Shown piece after piece: positions 60,149 through 64,000 of a DNA stretch of 64,000 nucleotides. How positions within the stretch are numbered: the first letter of the stretch is position 1; each line of letters begins with the position of its first letter. Below the pieces are notes generated by a model, which saw nothing but the letters and a program-made list of their open reading frames with translations, was not told where the DNA came from and did not search any database. Location of the stretch: NCBI GenBank assembly GCA_963748625.1, contig CAVVJT010000007.1, positions 992,001 to 1,056,000 of the forward strand. Direction: 5' to 3'. The translations under genes were made by a program, and so were the position numbers. This DNA comes from an uncultured Chloroflexia bacterium (lineage in GTDB: Bacteria > Chloroflexota > Limnocylindria > Limnocylindrales > CSP1-4).

Positions 60149-60862
60149 CTAGTTCCGGCTGCCGCCGAAGATGCGCAGCATGAACATGAACAGGTTGATG
60201 AAGTTCAGGTACAGGTGCAGCGCCGCCAGGATCGCTGCGCGGTTGGCGTCACGCGTCATGGCCACGAAGTCGCCACGGGCGATCCGCTGGACGTCGTAGG
60301 CGGTGAGGGCGGTGAAGATCAGGACGCCCGCGTACGAGATGACCCAGTACAGGATCTCGGACTTGAGGAACCAGTTGATCAGCGACGCGACCAGGATCCC
60401 GATGAGGGCCATGATCGCGATCATCCCGACCTTCGAGAGGTCACGCTTGGTGACGGCCCCGAAGAACGCCGCGGCTCCGAACATCGCCGAGGACGAGACG
60501 AACGCGGACACGACCGCGGTCATGCCGTCCGGCGTCTGGAGGAACGTCCAGATGACCACGCCCAGGGTGAGGCCCATGCTCGCCGCGAAGATGAAGAACA
60601 TCAGCAGCGACAGCGACGCGGGCGCCTTGCGGATCGCGACCTGGATGCCGATGCCGAGGGCGAGCTGGACGATGACGACCAGCAGCCACCACTCGGCGAC
60701 CAGCGTCAGGAGCTGCTCGCTGGTGGCAACCAGCCAGGCCGTCCCGGCGGAGAGGAGGAGGCCGGCGAACATCCAGCCGAAGGCACCCACGAGCATGCTC
60801 TGGACGAGCGCCGGCGCGGGGCGGATGCCGAGTTGGGCGGGGGTATAGGGGGTTCCGGTCAT
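60149..60862 (-). CDS. Bax inhibitor-1/YccA family membrane protein
   Basis: FGWMFAGL, TKRDLS..G, GVLIF.ALTAYD.Q, AL.LYL.FINLF. Confidence 0.9.
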   Translation of the reverse strand: MTGTPYTPAQLGIRPAPALVQSMLVGAFGWMFAGLLLSAGTAWLVATSEQLLTLVAEWWLLVVIVQLALGIGIQVAIRKAPASLSLLMFFIFAASMGLTLGVVIWTFLQTPDGMTAVVSAFVSSSAMFGAAAFFGAVTKRDLSKVGMIAIMALIGILVASLINWFLKSEILYWVISYAGVLIFTALTAYDVQRIARGDFVAMTRDANRAAILAALHLYLNFINLFMFMLRIFGGSRN

Positions 60863-60903
60863 CGGTTCCTCCTCGAGAAGGTCAGTGTGTCAGCTCGTCA
60901 GGT

Positions 60904-61554
60904 TCAGGGGTTGGGGCGCTGTCGTCGATCGGGGCGCGCGGCGGTGGCCTGGTGGGCTTCGGCCTGCTCGGCGAAGCGGGCAAGCACCCAGAGCAGGTCG
61001 GCCAGCCGGTTGAGATAGGGCAGGAGCCGGCTGTCGGCCAGGCCCGGGTCATTGCGTGAGAGGGTGACGGCCCGCCGCTCCGCGCGCCGGAGGATGGTCC
61101 GTCCCATCTCGAGGCCGGCGGACAGGCGGGTCTCACCGGGGACCACGAACTCCTGGGGGAGCGTGATCTGCGCCTCCACCTCCTGGAGCATGTCGTCCAT
61201 GCCGTCCACCATGGCCTGCGACACGCGCGTGACGTCGTCACGGGACTTGTACCTGGCCTCGGGGTTGGTGGCGAGCTCCGCGCCCACCACGAAGAGCTCG
61301 CGCTGGATGCGCAGGACCAGCTCGTTGAGGCGGTGGAGCCTCGGGTTGGCGTCCAGGACGTCGTCCTGGGCCATCACCGAGAGCTCCGCACGGGCGATGC
61401 CAAGGGCCGCGACGGCCTCATCGACGGCGCCGTACGCCTCGGTGCGCAGGTCGTCCTTGTTCACCCGGTCGCCGCCGAAGAGCAGCGCGGTGGTGCCATC
61501 GTCGCCGCGTCCGGTGGCGACGGCAGAGTCGTAGTCGAGGCGGTTGTCGGTCAT
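60904..61554 (-). CDS. pduO: PduO-type cob(I)alamin adenosyltransferase
   Basis: TGRGDDGTT, V.K...R.EAYGAVDE, Q.ELF..GAELA, FVVPG, RRAER, YLNRLADLL. Confidence 0.9.
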   Translation of the reverse strand: MTDNRLDYDSAVATGRGDDGTTALLFGGDRVNKDDLRTEAYGAVDEAVAALGIARAELSVMAQDDVLDANPRLHRLNELVLRIQRELFVVGAELATNPEARYKSRDDVTRVSQAMVDGMDDMLQEVEAQITLPQEFVVPGETRLSAGLEMGRTILRRAERRAVTLSRNDPGLADSRLLPYLNRLADLLWVLARFAEQAEAHQATAARPDRRQRPNP

Positions 61555-61576
61555 CGGGCGGTTGGGAGTTCCGGGC

Positions 61577-61915
61577 TCACCACATCAGGCCGGCGTCGCG
61601 GGGATCCCAGCGCTCGGCGAGCAGGGTCACCTTGACCGGGTGGTCCACGACGGTCTCTGCCTGCTCCTTCACCTGCGAGATCATCGCGCCGGCGTACGGG
61701 CAGAAGGGCGTGGTCAGGATCATCTTGACCTCGGTGGAGTCAGGCCCAAGGATGATCTGCCGGATGAGCGCCAGCTCCACCACGTTCATGCCGATCTCCG
61801 GGTCAACCACGGCGCGGAGGGCGTCGAGGATGGCGAGCTCGGTGGCGCGACGCTGCGCCTCGAAGGCGGCATCGGCGGGGGCGGCGGGCTGGTCGGCTGG
61901 CTGCGTATCAGTCAT
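61577..61915 (-). CDS. sufT: Metal-sulfur cluster assembly factor (SufT/DUF59)
   Basis: L..VVDPEIGMNVVELALI, MILTTPFCP, W.P. Confidence 0.85.
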   Translation of the reverse strand: MTDTQPADQPAAPADAAFEAQRRATELAILDALRAVVDPEIGMNVVELALIRQIILGPDSTEVKMILTTPFCPYAGAMISQVKEQAETVVDHPVKVTLLAERWDPRDAGLMW

Positions 61916-61973
61916 GGTTGCGAAATCCTACCACCAAGGTCGGAAATCGCCACACCGTGGGGCGGCTCTATTC

Positions 61974-61993
61974 GCGCATTTGCGCAAATGCGC
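61974..61993. promoter_or_regulatory. Perfect 20-bp palindrome, putative operator
   Basis: GCGCATTTGC|GCAAATGCGC in the divergent sufT/DUF302 intergenic region. Confidence 0.55.
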
Positions 61994-62038
61994 AATCAGG
62001 CCCCAAGATGGACGCCTTCACGTACCACGGAGACACAG

Positions 62039-62455
62039 ATGTTCCAGGATCGCTACACGCTTGGAGTCCGCGTCAGCGGCGACATCGCCACGGTCCGCGC
62101 GACCACGACGGACGCCCTCAAGGCCGAGGGCTTCGGCGTCCTGACGGAGATCGATATGGCCGCGACGCTGCGCGCGAAGCTGGGCGTGGAGATGGCCCCG
62201 TACCTGATCCTGGGCGCCTGCAACCCACCCTTCGCCCACAGCGCCGTGACGGCGGACCCTTCGATCGGCGCCCTCCTGCCCTGCAACGTCGTCCTGCGGG
62301 CCGACGGGGACGCCGTGATCCTCGAGATCATGGATCCGGCGAAGGTCCTCGCCCTGGTCGGGATGCCCGAGGTCGATGCCGTCGGCGCCGATGTCCGGGC
62401 ACGCCTGGTCCGGGTCGTCGAGGCGGTCGCTGCCGCCACGTCCACCAGCGCCTGA
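62039..62455 (+). CDS. DUF302 domain protein
   Basis: LKAEGFGVLTEID..ATL..KL..Y.ILGACNP..IG.LLPCNVV. Confidence 0.88.
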   Translation: MFQDRYTLGVRVSGDIATVRATTTDALKAEGFGVLTEIDMAATLRAKLGVEMAPYLILGACNPPFAHSAVTADPSIGALLPCNVVLRADGDAVILEIMDPAKVLALVGMPEVDAVGADVRARLVRVVEAVAAATSTSA

Positions 62456-62539
62456 GCGGAGCCCCCGGCGCCGCCTGCCCTGCTCCCTGCGCCGCCCACC
62501 CTGCCCCCACGTCCACCCGCGCCTGAACGGAGCCCAGCC

Positions 62540-63037
62540 ATGGCCATCAAGCACGCAACCGTCACGCTCGCCGGGGGCGACATGCGCTTCGAGGCGCGCG
62601 TCGGCTCCGGGCACACCATCGTCATGGACAACGGCGAGGGCGACACCGGCGCCCGGCCCGCGGAGCTCGTGGGGGTGGCCCTGGCCGGCTGCACCGGCAT
62701 GGACGTGATCTCCATCCTGCGCAAGAAGCGCCAGGCCGTCAGCGGCTACGAGATCCGCGTCGAGGGCATCCAGATCGAGGAGCATCCGAACAGCTTCACG
62801 CAGTTCACCGTGACGCACGTCGTGACGGGCGAGGCGGTCGATCCCGAGGCGGTCCGGCGGGCGGTCGAGCTGTCCGCGACCAAGTACTGCTCGGTGGGCT
62901 CCACGCTGGCATCGGGCGGGCTCACGATCAGCCACCGGTTCGCCGTGCTGGGCCCGGGCGGGGCCGAGGTTGCCGCCGGCGAGGTGCTCGTGATCGGTCC
63001 GCACGAGGCTCCAGCGGCGCTGGCCGCAAGGGCGTAG
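62540..63037 (+). CDS. OsmC/YhfA family protein
   Basis: G.RPAEL...LAGCTGMDVISIL.K.R, AVELS..KYCSV. Confidence 0.88.
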   Translation: MAIKHATVTLAGGDMRFEARVGSGHTIVMDNGEGDTGARPAELVGVALAGCTGMDVISILRKKRQAVSGYEIRVEGIQIEEHPNSFTQFTVTHVVTGEAVDPEAVRRAVELSATKYCSVGSTLASGGLTISHRFAVLGPGGAEVAAGEVLVIGPHEAPAALAARA

Positions 63038-63146
63038 CGCCGGCTCTCCCCTCGGGTCTTCTCCCGACTCCGCCCCGGGTCACCCAGGCACGGCTCCCGC
63101 ATGGCGCATCCACCAACGTCGAGGTTCGTGGACGTCATGTGCACAA

Positions 63147-63176
63147 CGACTCCGCTGGTGACTCCCAGCGGAGTCG
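63147..63176. terminator. Hairpin between convergent genes
   Basis: CGACTCCGCTGG-loop-CCAGCGGAGTCG, 12-bp stem. Confidence 0.45.
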
Positions 63177-63277
63177 CGTCGGAGCGGCGAACCGCCCCGT
63201 GCAGGCGGCCGCGAACCGCCCGTGGAGGCTGCCGCTAAGCGCCGCCAGTGTGCCGAGGAACTGCCCGGGTGCCCCCG

Positions 63278-63604
63278 TCAGGCCGGGACGGCGGCCTTGA
63301 CCGTGACGCCGGCGATGCGGAGGCTCGGCGGGAGCGTGTCCAGCTCGGCCTCGGTCATGCCCGGGCCAGTCAGGGAGCCGTCGGCGTCGAAGAAGTCCGC
63401 GTAGCGGTCCTTGTGCTCGGCGGCGAACGCAAAGGCACTCGCGATACCCATGAGCTTGAGCTCCGGGTGGTCCTTGAGCAGGTCCGTCACGGTGTAGCCG
63501 TTCGCACGGAGCTCCAGCACCTGGCGCACCGTGAGACGGGAGCCATAGCAGAAGGGCTCGCCGTTCATCACGAGCGGGTCTTCCTTGACCCACTTGATCG
63601 TCAT
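63278..63604 (-). CDS. DUF433 domain protein
   Basis: DP.VMNGEP...GSRLTV..VL...ANG.T..DLL.DHPEL. Confidence 0.8.
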   Translation of the reverse strand: MTIKWVKEDPLVMNGEPFCYGSRLTVRQVLELRANGYTVTDLLKDHPELKLMGIASAFAFAAEHKDRYADFFDADGSLTGPGMTEAELDTLPPSLRIAGVTVKAAVPA

Positions 63605-63606
63605 CG

Positions 63607-64000
63607 CTAGATGCCCCGGTAGAGCTTTTCGACGATGGGGTTCTTCTTGCGAGCGTCGCCCGACAGGCGCCGGTACCAGGCGTAGACCTTCACGGCCTCA
63701 TCGAGCGCGGCATCCGCGGGAACCATCTCGTCATCCGAGAGGACGCCACGTGCGGCCGTGCGCAGGCCCTCGAGGATGCGGCAGACATCGTCCATCGGCA
63801 CCTCGCGGCGGCGGAAGACCGGCGCGGCCTGATCGGCGAACTCCTTCAGCCAGTGGCTGTCGCTGCCGGCCACGCAGAGGGCCAGGCGATCGACGTGCAC
63901 CTGCGCGTCCTTGAGCAGGCCCCGCAGGGCGACGTCGTCGAACCGGGTGCGGATCGTGGGATCGGCGTCCACAGCCACCTCGAGCGCACGGGCGGCGAGC
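63607..64000 (-). CDS. Hypothetical all-alpha protein (5' truncated by window edge)
   Basis: Open frame running to the window end with GC-typical codon usage; 2 nt from the DUF433 start. Confidence 0.6.
   Translation of the reverse strand, partial: LAARALEVAVDADPTIRTRFDDVALRGLLKDAQVHVDRLALCVAGSDSHWLKEFADQAAPVFRRREVPMDDVCRILEGLRTAARGVLSDDEMVPADAALDEAVKVYAWYRRLSGDARKKNPIVEKLYRGI

Overview
A 64-kb chromosomal window from a very GC-rich bacterium. Gene content suggests Chloroflexota, possibly Limnocylindria-like (inference only). It looks like a long-read assembly: single-base indels cluster at about 0.9-3.5 kb and 31-49 kb and break even core genes such as sufC and sufS. Contents in order: the tail of a bacterial microcompartment locus; a methyltransferase-MOSC fusion; a B12 radical SAM operon; HNH-cca-TPR/repeat protein-galE; orphan tadE-tadE-tadG plus a 48-aa prepilin-like ORF; an MFS transporter; a catalytically dead ATP-dependent DNA ligase-like domain; a glucosylglycerate-type locus (Ggs-like glycosyltransferase, USP-USP-GpgS fusion, glycerate kinase); vapBC-nth-DUF885-nucleoside hydrolase; sufU-moeB-JAMM; a ~16-kb catabolic block (ABC transporter, two FAD oxidoreductases, enolase-family enzyme, E. 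coli ygc-like cluster with RpiR regulator) lying between sufS and sufU; rrf2-sufC-sufS with an IscR-type operator; a membrane-spanning SARP/BTAD-nSTAND1-solute-binding regulator; a GAF/dual-GGDEF/EAL protein; sufT-pduO-yccA; DUF302, OsmC and DUF433. No rRNA, tRNA, CRISPR array, integrase or transposase was recognised. The best novelty candidates are the pseudo-ligase, the STAND regulator whose WD40 propeller appears replaced by a sugar-binding sensor, the USP-GpgS osmolyte locus and the methyltransferase-MOSC fusion.
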